A stretch of DNA of 64,000 nt, from assembly GCA_937625935.1 (NCBI GenBank), contig OW569395.1, positions 186,001 to 250,000 on the forward strand, written 5' to 3'. Numbering within the stretch: position 1 is the stretch's first letter; every line of letters starts with the position of its first letter. The notes beneath the pieces are model-generated. The model was not told the DNA's origin. It ran no database searches and saw only the letters and a list, made by a program, of their open reading frames with translations. Positions 52,501-63,266 of the stretch are shown here, in pieces. Origin of the DNA: Tetramitus jugosus. Lineage: Eukaryota > Protista > Heterolobosea. Position numbers and translations under genes: made by a program.

Positions 52501-52805
52501 TGATCGTCGCGATTTCTTTCCAAAGAGGAATGTTCGGCAACGTTGTGTGGTTCGTTGCTCACGTGAGAACGTATGAGCCAATCATTCATTTCTCCAAATA
52601 ATAATTGTTCATCAGCTGCTTGAGCTGTCGAAGATGGAATAAGCTTCTTCAATGATTTCAATGATGAATGATAATCTTCATTGCTTTCTGATGAAAAGAT
52701 TGTTTTGGAGTGTTTTGTGATTTGTTTGAAGTCATCTAGATCTAGATCATCATCGTCATCGACAACTGTTGCTCTACTTCTCTTGAGACGACGATTGTTG
52801 TTCAT
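49539..52805 (-). CDS. Hypothetical 1088-aa helical (ARM/HEAT-like) protein
   Basis: Long uninterrupted ORF with Leu/Ile-rich helical character and an NLS-like N-terminus; family not recognised. Confidence 0.75.
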   Translation of the reverse strand: MNNNRRLKRSRATVVDDDDDLDLDDFKQITKHSKTIFSSESNEDYHSSLKSLKKLIPSSTAQAADEQLLFGEMNDWLIRSHVSNEPHNVAEHSSLERNRDDQKWRQFLHHLRSAAQLESWFQCVVNPKLQSLTFECLSDEQLIQLLYRCSRCVVDALALPSNNNNINNSRHYHSSSNNSLDTNEPFQMDSAGRMRSDYSYHSSSSLLSLIYVYPCAYDGGDDSSMPNYSVPDVYLRLLENCGNWVQSRSLLMIQLIMEKPPFPKEEQGGNTNTNDDSEWAKMILYFAQRLVREEDRIEWMRKWLRIKTDVNSVLRDCFDVLFHEMKGCNKSVLDVFVTAAAQEECDLNLLDQLIDKQVKQSLKDLSALNCAQYLKNWIQMGVPSPDPVEKRSTNQLLVNIMEDDPNANNPLWSNMAIDHPVDQLVLVLLTKATSDVCQKLIKEYPVMLRRFMLSADNLITNANRVQYRLKAIEKAICNLFYECDNNQVLSGCCHRTVTYDILSQPTVSVKLKICHIYMSLRLIYRESLLTGNHFKTITPDNLNTLGQFMLSLIDSYDRISIEDLDGFLFQIIVFLQNSFQVATEHFQCNNIMYLMKYLLENIRQKIAGPTEMPQLSNLDLYDVDCVPTSMKFVLKYLGHQFSTVKLQMQSVSEWTESNPFCNTISVLHNLATCVNSHERIQGNLFYLFHQYYHIIGREAGKNRSNSALKAAMSSIIVVIVNAIRVASDPNNLIDGWQVSSDTIQAIGCETFPQEWSNILIDVNWKTDQTSLRSIQNFILNSLNPWWLILIKCIKVHSSFLLPETSSFDEKLSQFIFETCGIISDREIAKIQLNDVQKYAFFIQNYMKELAILFKTHLEDDRIHKPSLLRCIGSLSANKMLLKPFFKLMNKEKKDMFCLMIDCLKSKQTFTRNNACVALHEYLVQGWSYCAKDTQAAVQKNREPLLNCVRDAFILTMKQAQSETDKHIRLIHAGLIEHLFDVILICLQVDKTLQTSDIFISNQKTSIMTSVIACCSTRTIHLVCRIFCCLDMTSDSKHLALMFLDKIARMVSKQKPSHSLRLSIQAFLTSFCDRDNELQRKYSQQLRLS

Positions 52806-53961
52806 GTTTTTTCAAGCCGAAGCCGGAAAAACGGGGCCCAAAACACTTTGGGAGCAGTTTTTAAAAGCCAGTTGTGTCAAAGGACTCCACTGAGGACCAT
52901 CCAATATCGAATCTGATCCGGCAGTCGAGGGCATTGCGCTCATTCATGGCAAACATCAAGCCAATGGCAACTATGTGTCACTGATTTGAGCGTTGAAGGA
53001 ATGGAACCATCGAAAAACATTCTCTGGCTTCAGCCATTGTGGCCCACTCACATATTGGTGATCAACACTGGTCTTGAATGGGCAACCTTGGGCTTTCGCT
53101 ATCTGTTACACTTGCCATCAGAGTTGCTTCATCCAGACACTAAGGTTGTTTGTCTTCAGGAAGGTGTGTAACCTCGTGGTTTCGAAGTATTTGAGATTGA
53201 CAACCAAGAGGTTGGAGTGTTGAAGCGTTAGAGATTGACTCGTGGTTTCGAAGAAGCAAAACATGATCAAGCACATCTACTGATATTTTGAGTATCATAA
53301 AGAACTCCATGCATTGTATCTTATTTCTTTGCGCACAAATGTGCATGAGAGGGCAATTGTCTTTGTAATCCAGCTCACACAGGTCTTGGAGAACAAGCTG
53401 TTGTTGTTACTGCTTGTCTCAATCAAATGATTCAGTAATTGTAGAGACACTGCTTGCCTATACTGCTTGCTGAAAATCCTAGAAGCAGTATAGGCAAGCT
53501 CGATTCCCTTTCCCATGATGTAACCACGAAAAATCTCCTATCTCCTGTTGTGGGATCAACAGTCTTCACTGCACAATCCAACAATCGTCGTAGTGATGAA
53601 CGAGCCAACTGAACATGGTACACGCTGGATGTGAAACAAGTTGCTGGAAGATACACTTCACAATTGGAGGAGCCAATCTCAACTTAAACCCATATCTAAT
53701 GATATATGACAGGAACGGGGCAATCACATTAGCAATATCACTCAACTTGATTGAAAGTTCATTCAACAAGTGTAAGTCATCACGAGCTTTGAGCATAATT
53801 TGAAAGGTGCTAGTAAAACATCCATATTTGATTAAAATGATGGCTCAGGTTGTTCATAGAGTAGTTCGAGATAATTCTCAAGACAAAGGAGAAACAAGAT
53901 AATCTTTGCTTCCTCTCCCTTTATGTATGTCATGGAAGCGACAATGCACCATCTGCTTGAA

Positions 53962-54063
53962 CCTAGTAGGAGTTAATGTAACTCTTCGAATTTGCCGGAA
54001 AATATGTTATTCAAATTTATTCAAAACAGACAGGGAGGGTGAATATAATATCTGGACGCACCC
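53962..54063 (-). mobile_element. MITE family, partial inverted copy
   Basis: Reverse complement matches the first ~110 bp of the 54302-54509 element, including the TIR. Confidence 0.8.
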
Positions 54064-54301
54064 AAGCAACAATTTAAAAATCAAAAATTACAAAAAACAA
54101 ACAATGTTCAGGAGGGTGTCATCAGGAAAGCTGCAATCTTTTCAAAGGATATCTTGATGAGTTTTCATACTCAAAAGTGATTAATTCCTTCGTCAAACAT
54201 AGATACAATTTCTTATCAGTTTCATTAGGATGTAGAAATGACGGACAGTTCTATGATAAAGTTAGAATTGATGAACAGATTAGAGTCTTTGGTTTAACTG
54301 T

Positions 54302-54509
54302 GGGAGCGTCCAGATATTATATTCACCTCTGACCCCCTCCCTGCCAGTTTTGAATAAATTTGAAAAACACATTTTCCTGTAAATTCGAACGTTACATAAA
54401 TTCTCCTACTAGGATTGGGATCAAGAGACCCCCTTTGAATAAAATATTGAATAAATTTCTCAGACCCCCTCCCTAGGGGGTAGGTAAGAAATAATATCTG
54501 GACGCTCCC
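54302..54509 (+). mobile_element. 208-bp MITE with perfect 19-bp TIRs and 4-bp TSD
   Basis: GGGAGCGTCCAGATATTAT ... ATAATATCTGGACGCTCCC, flanked by CTGT on both sides (54298-54301, 54510-54513). Confidence 0.9.
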
Positions 54510-54928
54510 CTGTCAACTTCAAAGAAGAAGGAAAGAATTGACATTTAGTTTATGGCAATTCCATCACAGTTTAATTTTGATTCAATATTTTACGACCAAC
54601 GAGACAGTTTAGACTCCTTGTCAAATTGCTTAATTGAAGGAATCAAATACATACAGATTCATCCTTACATACTCTTCAGTATAATATACTGCAATTAATT
54701 TTTTGAAGTTTTCAAAGTAAAGATCAGACGCAGCCTTAAAGGCATAGAAATCAAGTATTGCTTACAGGTATTTTGAGATGTACAAGCCTCATGCTCAACT
54801 CTGCTGTGTTGTTTTACGAGAAAGTAAATCACAACAACTAAAGAGTATTTAAAAAAAATTATGAGAAGGAAGACGGCACTAAAGATTAATGACATACTTC
54901 TGTCAGTTTATTAGAGCAACAACGTCTA

Positions 54929-55473
54929 TCAATGATAACAGAAAAGGAGTCTATGATCAGTATATTCATATGTGCTCTGAGCTGAGTGGTTGAAGAAATG
55001 CTTTTCTCCGGTCATCTCTGCAAACCTCATCCAATGAACATGACAAACCAAGCATGACCTCATCCAATGAACATAACAACCTTTCAACAAATTTGTAGCA
55101 ACAGAAGCCGAGTCCTCTCCCAGTAACTCTTGAACACAATCAATGAACATCGTTGCTTGGGGCTGTGGAAAAGTCTGCCTCCCTTTCAGCTGTTCTTTCA
55201 GATACACTTCGAGATCAATACCAAACGATTTGGTCTCTGCATTGGAAGGTGAATCGTGATACTGATCCAGGCCGAACTTACTTTTTTGGTAATTTCTGCA
55301 CCAAAAGCATTTAGGCATGTAAATCTCTTACTAGAGTAAGTATTGCACAAAATGGCACTATGCTTTATGACTCCAGTATGATTGTCGAGCTTCACAAACA
55401 CAATTTCTTCATTCTTTGTTTTTAGTTGGGGCGAAACAAAGTTTTTTGAATTTTCTGTAAAAACCTGGCGCAT
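54929..55473 (-). pseudogene. Mutator/MULE-like transposase remnant
   Basis: LLKGCYVHWMRS matches the CxxH motif of MULE-type transposases. Frameshifted, with a local 18-bp duplication at 55024-55041/55057-55074. Confidence 0.45.
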
Positions 55474-55856
55474 AACCGGATTGCCCGCAAATACTCCGAT
55501 CCATTATTTTTGTTTTTTGTATTAAAATTGGTACCGAGTCAATCAGCTGTCTTGACCTAAACTGCCGCCAAATTTTCAATTTACAATCGATCTTTTAGCA
55601 AGAAAAAAGAAAGCTATGCACCCAAGACAAGACAGTAAGCAAGGAACTGGTTTCCATGACCAAGTCATTGACTCCCAAGCTATTCACCCAAGCCAAGAGA
55701 AATGCAGAAGGAAGATCAAGAACTAGTGAACGACAACCTAGAACAACAAGCTAATGAAAACCTAGAGCTAAGAGAAAATGAAAGCAAAGAAGAACAGAGC
55801 ACCAAGTTAATGATGAACTAGAGCCAACCTAGATATAGACAAGATATCACTGAGCA

Positions 55857-55905
55857 AGAAAATTTATTCAAATATTTATTCATAGGGGTATACCTGGACG
55901 CTCCC
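55857..55905 (-). mobile_element. MITE family, internally deleted copy
   Basis: Reverse complement is GGGAGCGTCCAG joined to the CCCCTATGAATAAATATTTGAATAAATT internal segment. Confidence 0.7.
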
Positions 55906-56735
55906 AATATGTTACTTTGATTATTTAGAAGAACCTATTAAAAGAAACATTCGACTGTACATCATCTATGGATTCAAACTCTTCAACTTCAGACCCGTTG
56001 GACCTTTTGTAATCTTCTTCCGTCCTTGAAGTGAAGAACAGTTTCATTTTCTTGATGTGTGAATGTTGGTACAATGTCATTGATCAAGCTATCGATTGTT
56101 TGGTTTTGCTCATTGTATTCTGAGCGGAGTATTATCTTCAACAATTTTGTTGAACGCAAACAACAATGACCACGCAAGACACCATCCTGTTCAAGAATGA
56201 CAGATGAATCATATGTGGAACAAGTGGTTTAACAAGAACAAGAAGACCCAGAACAAGTAGTTGAACAAAATCAAGATCAATTGGCCGAAGAGATGGGGTC
56301 TCACAATCTAAATTCATCTGTGACGATTACTCTTTTTCTATGCTCAACACAAATAACATGATCTCTTTATGACGATATTCTCCGTTGGGATGATTGGAAG
56401 AGCAGTGTTGTTACTTGCGCCCTGTGTCTGTGAGTGACATTTTCTTTCAGGTTTACCCAACGATCACCAACACATTTGTCGCACTTATACTGCAAAATAT
56501 GATAAGACGTACATTTCGTGCACTTTATGACGAGGAAGAAGGCAGATAAGATTGAGACAGTTGACATTGCTGGATTTCTTGAGATAATTCTTCTCAAGGT
56601 ATCAAGTGGCATTACAAGTTGGTTTCTTGTGAGATCTCCTCTTCTCTTGAACACCCTTTGACTAAGAGTGCGACTTGACCTTCTCGTCGTTTGTTCGTTT
56701 CATCTTGATCTTTGAAAATTTTGGAAATTCTATTC

Positions 56736-57110
56736 TTAATTAGACTGGCCCTCAAAATTAATGATTGATCTACGAAGAAATTGTAAAATTAGGTTCCAAC
56801 AAAACAAGATGAATGGAGACTGTAGAATCATAGCTCGTTTCTCTAGTTTGACTCTTTTGGGGTTCTTCTCTTCTAGTGTTTTGAGTACTGCTCGTTTCAC
56901 TGAGTGGAATCCACCACAATGACCGAACAACATTGAATTTGTATTTGAAGCAATTTCGTTCATGCTTCAAATAAAATGACATACCATTTGATCATTCCAA
57001 TCCACTTCTTCCTCTTTACTATCGGAATTTGGATCAATTGACAAGTCAACATTATTTACACCACTTTTCTCGCATTCATTGCACAACCAGTCATCATTCG
57101 GAATGGCAGT
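56736..57110 (-). pseudogene. Degenerate ORF containing the end of a PHD finger
   Basis: AIPNDDWLCNECEK at about 57110-57065; in-frame stop downstream. Confidence 0.4.
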
Positions 57111-57774
57111 TTAGATGCTTATGAATCTACTTTCATATAGGTTTGTGTTGGAAATATATCTGGATTTCCTGTTATTAACAGGAAGGAGAGAAAACAGTCA
57201 ACCTTGTTGGACTACCGTGCACCATATTGTTCCCAGACGGGAATTGGGAAGGGCAGAGAAAATGAGTCAGCTCCACAGAAATTTCGTCGAGCAATCATTG
57301 ATACAGTTCAACCGGTAGAGACGAGAGTAATTGTCCATAGTTTGGATGAAGATGACAACATCAACTCTTCGTCAACTTCTTCTGAGTCCTCTAGTGATGA
57401 AGAAGAAGTAATTGTTGCCTATACTCCTGTTGTCTCTCGTGTTGGTAGAAGAAGACGACGTAAGGTATCAAATTCTGAAGGAGATGAATCAGTAGGGAAT
57501 ATTGCACGAATATAATGAACGATATTTATTAATATTTGACACAGTCACTTTTCAGAGACTATCTGCTTGTGTGTTCGATATTAATTGTCGTTTGGCCTTA
57601 CGGGCGAGTTTTGCCTTCTTTCTCGATACATTTGAGCTCCCACTTGCGAAGATTTAATATACGAATCATCTCACCCAAGAACAAATTGCAGAACACGAAC
57701 TGTCGGTGAAGTGTTTGGAGGAAGAGAGATTCATATGCTTTGGAGGCTTGAAGAAGATAGATAAGATGAAGTCG

Positions 57775-57976
57775 GAAAGCGTCCAGATATTATTTTCACC
57801 TCTGACTCCCTCCCTGTCTGTTTTGAATAAATTTGAATAACACATTTTCCTGTAAATTCGTACGTTACATTAATTCCTACTAGGATTGGGATCAGGAGAC
57901 CCCTATGAATAAGTATTTGAATAAATTTCTCAGATCCCCTCCCTAGGGGCGTAAGAAATAATATCGGGACGCTCCC
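57775..57976 (+). mobile_element. MITE family, full-length diverged copy
   Basis: Colinear with 54302-54509 throughout; slightly mutated TIRs; no matching TSD seen. Confidence 0.85.
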
Positions 57977-58212
57977 CCAGTGAGTGGATGTATCATCCTC
58001 TTCATCATCCTCAATGACTCTCTTTCGTTTGGATAATTTAACACCATCAGCAGGTGCGTATGTTATCTTGGGAGTCATCGTTGTGTGATAATTGTCGGCT
58101 AAGCGCCGTTGACGCTTACGTAAAAAACTTTTGGTCACACAACCACAAGACGTCCTTAATCAATTTGACCAATTGATGGACTCAATCTTGGATCTTCGAT
58201 GTTCAATTTGAA

Positions 58213-58569
58213 TTGCCAGAAATCAAAACGCCTATGATTGTTCTGTTGCCCGGATCACTGTCCTACCAAGATGTTCAGATTGCTTTGATTGAGTTTGATC
58301 AGGGAGTATCTCGAACATACTGTCCTCTTTTTCCCAATCAGATTTCAATGTCCATTGCCGTTTATGGAACTCTTGCAACCAACCTGGTCTATGTGGACGA
58401 GCCAGTAAGTTCGAAGATTGGAATAATCAAAATTGGTATGAGTGATACAACTGCAGGGCTCAACAGAACAGTTCGTGTGACCATGTACTTCGGGAAGTCA
58501 GAGATAAAGCTACATGCCGTGGAGAGGAACTACGGTAGGAAATATGAGGCTTTGTTCATCACAAGATGA
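58213..58569 (+). pseudogene. C-terminal fragment of an HSPA12-type atypical Hsp70
   Basis: RTYCPLFPNQISMSIAVY...KIGIIKI...RTVRVTMYFGKSEIKLHA resembles the HSPA12 C-terminus; the ATPase domain is missing. Confidence 0.55.
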
Positions 58570-59280
58570 GCCACAAGGGTGGAAAGTATTTAAGAAAATG
58601 AATAAATATATTTCACTACTCAGTCTGCCAGTCGTTTGAAAATTGTCTCAACAGAGGCTTAGGAAAAAACTCGGTTATCAACCTCACATATCAACCCTGG
58701 TCTTTTGATTGAACTAACAAGCATTTCATACTCGACAGGAGCATCTTCATGTTTCTCTGGATTGAACAACTCTTTCCCTCCAAGTTTGGTATAAAAACTC
58801 CCATTCTAGGGACATATAGAGTTAAACTGACAAACAAAGCCAACGAACTTTTTCCGCAATCAGTAATGTACTCAGTGACAATTCCCTTAGTTGGTGTTTC
58901 CTTACTCAGTTCTACCTTGATCAATTTTGTAATTTCTTCTTCGATCCTTGCGATGTCGTCAATTTCTCTTTTTCTTTCTCATCATCCTCCTTTCTGACAG
59001 AATGTTGGCTATCTTAAATTCGGTCATATCTCTTTCTCTTCTCAAAATCTTTTCCAATCCCCAAAGAGACATCCAATTAGCTTCTGATGGAAAATTCTCT
59101 TTTTCTGATCGAATGTGGGGCAATCTGTCAAGTTCACAGATTTAGAGAGCAGAGAGTAACTCAGATATACTATCCAGAGTAGTATCAAAATGATATTGAC
59201 CATGGACTTGTCAAATCCTTCTTGGAAAAAACTGCTGGAACATATTGAACTTGGCTTCCTGTCCTCTAATCTAAACTGAA

Positions 59281-59370
59281 TGAAAAGGAATGATTTTAAA
59301 TGATCTTGGGTGATGTGGGATGATGTGGAATGATGTACAATGATGTGGAATGATGGGGAATGATGATGGT
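59281..59370 (+). repeat. 10-bp tandem repeat, ~9 units, consensus TGATGTGGAA
   Basis: Directly visible with exact 10-nt periodicity. Confidence 0.85.
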
Positions 59371-59481
59371 TTTCAATAAAACATTATTTTTATCTACGAT
59401 CTCACCATAAATTGTCAATTGAATTGTTTCTAGACAAGGTCACTACAAACAAACAACAAAATACTACCAATACAGTCACTT

Positions 59482-61178
59482 ATGTCAGATAATAAGAAAA
59501 GAAAGTTCGAAAAATTTGCAGCAACTCTACCCAAGAAAGAATGTAATCTTTGTGGAGAAGAATACCCTGTGAATCAACTCTATGGTCACTTGAGAGAGTG
59601 TTTGAGAGACTGGGAGGAGATGTCTGGTCTTCCTCATGTTTGTTTCTGTGGTGTGTCAACCACCAAAGAGACCATCCAATCAATTCAAGCCAACATTCAA
59701 CCAACACAGTCAAACACAAATAACCCACAACAACAACAACCTAACAGTGGATTGAGTACTGAGAACTGGACACAACAACAAACTATTCAAAGCCCTTTCA
59801 CACAAGAAAACTATTGGCTCCAAAAGAAAGGCCAAACTGAAAAAAAGAGTAAGTCAAAAGTTACGAAAACGTGCTCAATCAACGGTAAGTTTTGCAAAAC
59901 CAAGGACTCACCTCTACAATACTATGTGGTTGTGTCTGTGGGATCAAAAAGCATCAAGATATGTAGAGTCATCCATTTCAGTTCCACCAATATCATACCA
60001 CTCCTATCAGCAATAACATTGATGTGTGCAAAGGATCAAGATATTGTTGCTTGGGCACAAGAAACAACACATAAGTGTACCAAGTGTAACAGGGCATGTA
60101 ACGACTTTTTTGCCGTGTGTAGTTGCCGTCAAGAGAAAAGAGTTTCAAATTTTGCAAAACACAATGCATAATGGATTACTTTGAGTGCAAGCGTGCAGGA
60201 GATTGGGAAAGCTTCTGTAGGAGTAATTCTGAACATTCCAACTACAATTCACCATATACTAACTTCTTTTAAAAAAATTTAGGTTACTTAGTTACATTGC
60301 TCGAAAATGAACCGAGATTATACAAGATAATTGAAGTTGCGTTACACGAGTTGAATGGGAGTGAACAAGCGCTTTGACGCATCCCTTGCTTTAAGTTTTG
60401 TGATATTAGGTTTCTTCACACTCACCCTTTCAATCAACTCCTTAACAACACTTTGGATTAGACAATATGTTGTAGATGATTTCTTGGCATGGATTGCGGA
60501 TACTGACTCCTCCCAGATTTACAGATATAACTATGCCACATTAGTATGTATGTCACATGCGATGGACCAATACATTTCTCTTCCATTGCGTGACAACCGT
60601 GACAATTTTGGTGTACATTGGAGAGGTGTTCAAATAAATTTGGTCGGTGATGGAGTTGAACAATCAGTAAGTAAAAGTATTGATAAATTAATTGAGAGAA
60701 GTCTCTATTCTGGAAAGAAATGCCTCCATACGTTTACAAAGCTGGCATATTGCAGTCCAAATGGAATACTCTATTTTCTTTCCGCTACTTATACCGGATG
60801 TAAAACCGATTCTCAACTAATGTCATTTCCGAGGAAAATTATATTTGGGAAAATCTTGATGAAGATGAATACATTGCGCTTGATAAAGGTTTTAAAGGCT
60901 TTCAGAAATATTGGAAAAGTGTGGCTATGCCATTTATGTATGCTAGAGATAGTGAATTATTACCGGAGGATGCCGATTTCAATAAAGAATTTGCCTCTAT
61001 AAGAACAGTAATTGAAAATGCGTTTTGTTCAATTAAGAAATTCAGAATTTGCTCTGACAAGCTCAGAGTGAAAACAAGTGATCTAGAACATGCCAAATGT
61101 GTGCATGATATGGCTTGGAGATCATGCACCGGTATCGTGAATTTGGTTCGTGCACCACTGAAGTCTTTTCATAATTAA
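59482..61178 (+). pseudogene. PIF/Harbinger/ISL2EU-type DDE transposase (DDE_Tnp_4) with N-terminal zinc fingers; frameshifted; probable intron ~60223-60282
   Basis: Triad GDGVEQ, ALDKGF and RTVIENAF; also YSGKK and FNKEFASIR. Frame changes near 60135, 60355 and 60835. TACTAAC...TTTAG intron end. Confidence 0.8.
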
Positions 61179-61335
61179 GATTTTCAATGATTCGAATAAA
61201 TAAACAATGATAAGGAATGATTTATTAGACTTGGACGAAAACAAATAAAAAATGGGTTGGTGGGTGATGTGTGCTTTTTTGTGGATGGATTGGAAGTGAG
61301 TGGAGTGCTTTGTTTGTGTGAAAAAATGCCGATCT

Positions 61336-62303
61336 TTATTCCTCGACACACTTGTCTTGCTCGACAAGAGTGTCATCAGTAATAAAAAAATCTACCTCGT
61401 CCATACAAATGGTCATCGGTTGTTCTTCTTCTTTCTTCGGCATGATAGTGTAACTATACTTCATACCTTCATGCATGTACATACCATTCATGCATTTTTT
61501 GACATCCACGCTCTTTGGCAGAGGAATTTCGATGTGGTGGCTCTTCTCTTCTGCCCTTTGTTTCAGACATCGGAGACCCTCAACCGTCGTTCTTCGCGCG
61601 ATCGCCAATTTTCCAATGTCCATAGAGGGAAATGTCCACAAATGGAGATCAAGCACTACAAAATAGGACTTCTCCTTCTTCTGAATTTTGACATCCTGTC
61701 TGTAGTGTGAATTTGCGCGCCATTCGTAGTAAAAGAAGTTGTCGCTCTCCATCACTTGATACAACAGGTGAGGGGGCATCTCCTTATGGAACTGCAATCT
61801 TAAACTTTCCAAATTCATCTTGCTAGGAGCACCAACTAATGTAACTCCAGCTTCTTGATCTTCGTCAGTACTTACTTCAGATTCTGATTCAACAAAAGGC
61901 CTATTTCTCTTGGCTCTCTCATCACGTGCCTTGTCTTGTATGGAGCGGCTCTGTGAAACCATCTCAAAGAACTGATCTCTCATATCGACATCAGACCTTT
62001 TCTTTGCCTTTTTGTTCTCCATCTCATCGTCATCATCAGCGCTCTCTCTATCACTCTCTTTTTTCTCTTTGGAGCAGCCTTCTTGCAGTATCTGTACACA
62101 GCACTACCAATTTGCTCTGGGGATCGTTCCCAATGTGGGTTCGACTTAGACATCAAGTCACACAACTTTGCATCAGTATCAGTCGGATGATTCTTCTTGT
62201 GAAGACCCCAGGATATCTTCAGTTCTTCTATCAAATCATCAGACCACTTTCCAGTCTCAATTACCTTTGGTGAAACCTCCTTTCTTCTACCCCTTCTTGT
62301 CAT
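61336..62303 (-). CDS. Myb/SANT-like + HSP20/alpha-crystallin-like protein (Harbinger partner gene); one frameshift near 62060
   Basis: N-terminal KWSDDLIEEL...HWERSPEQI (Myb-like) and C-terminal IPLPKSVDVKK...EGMKYSYTIMPKKEEEQP (ACD-like). The two overlapping ORFs join by a 1-nt shift in an A/G run. Confidence 0.55.
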
Positions 62304-62367
62304 AATTGGTTGAGTTCAACTGAAAGATTGAACTCAACTGAAGGCATCAGCAACTGCATCAGCAACA

Positions 62368-62760
62368 ATGTTGATCGAAATGTTGAATTCGAACTCGCAC
62401 AAAGTGGGCGAACATTCGTTTGTTGCATCATTTGGACTCCATCACACAATAGCCGATGCCATTTTCTCGACATATCTTGCACGAGATATTGATCCATTCC
62501 ACTTCCTTTGGACGTTAATTTATTTAAACGAATATAGTGTCACTCGCGCAGTTCATTGGAAATGGAGAGTATCTAGAACAACATTTATGGATGCAGTGTG
62601 GTCCACACTTCGACAATTGCAATATCTCTTACCCGCATTCGATATAAACGATCGAATGGTCTTTGAGCACTAAAGAACAAGCATGTTTCGTAACATTTGG
62701 ATGATTGTGGATGGTACAGAGTGTCGTGTGAAACGCCAAAAAAGTATCTATCAACAAAGA
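62368..62760 (+). pseudogene. 5' fragment of a second Harbinger/ISL2EU-type transposase
   Basis: FVASFG, HFLWTLIYL and, after an in-frame TAA at 62671-62673, WMIVDGTECRVKR (first catalytic Asp); truncated thereafter. Confidence 0.7.
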
Positions 62761-63266
62761 GGACAGAAAAACAACTATCATTTCGAGTTCTCTCGTTAAT
62801 CAACAGTTGGCTTTGTTCGGAAATGGTTTTTTCTTGTTTTTTCTCTTCGTTCCTGCTGACAATCCCTACTGGCTGTGTTTTTCCTCTCTAACAATTGGAT
62901 TTGACATGTCAACTGGAGCCTCTGTTTCCCATTCTGCGTTGTTGAGGTTAACTTTTGATTGAAACTCTGAACACAATGCAGAGTCAGCACTACGATTCTT
63001 TTTCTTGTTTCCTTTCGCTACAGACTTTTCAACTATGATGATACCTTTTTGGCTTGAGAAAACAGTGTTCTTTCGTCACAAGAAAAAACACAAAAACTGC
63101 TTACAACTTCCTTCAGGTCAAATGTCATTGTAACATTTTCTCCGATCAACTTCCACACAATTCTCGACCGAGGCGCCAAACCTAAAAACCGCGCAAAAAA
63201 AATCAAACAAAACACAGCGATTCACATAACACACAACAACACGAATACTACTACACTTGACAAGCG

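Noticed and set aside
54302-55905. Composite transposon formed by MITE TIRs around the MULE-like remnant
   Set aside because: Outer flanks (CTGT vs AATA) do not form a TSD.
57731-58138. 135-aa minus-strand ORF
   Set aside because: Its 3' half is read through a MITE; not a coherent gene.
58691-59280. Possible tyrosine recombinase remnant (LFVSLTLYVPRMGV...NL)
   Set aside because: Only one Arg-box-like patch; no HxxR or catalytic Tyr motif recognisable.
59281-59370. CRISPR-like or telomeric array
   Set aside because: No spacers, degenerate 10-mer, eukaryotic internal context.
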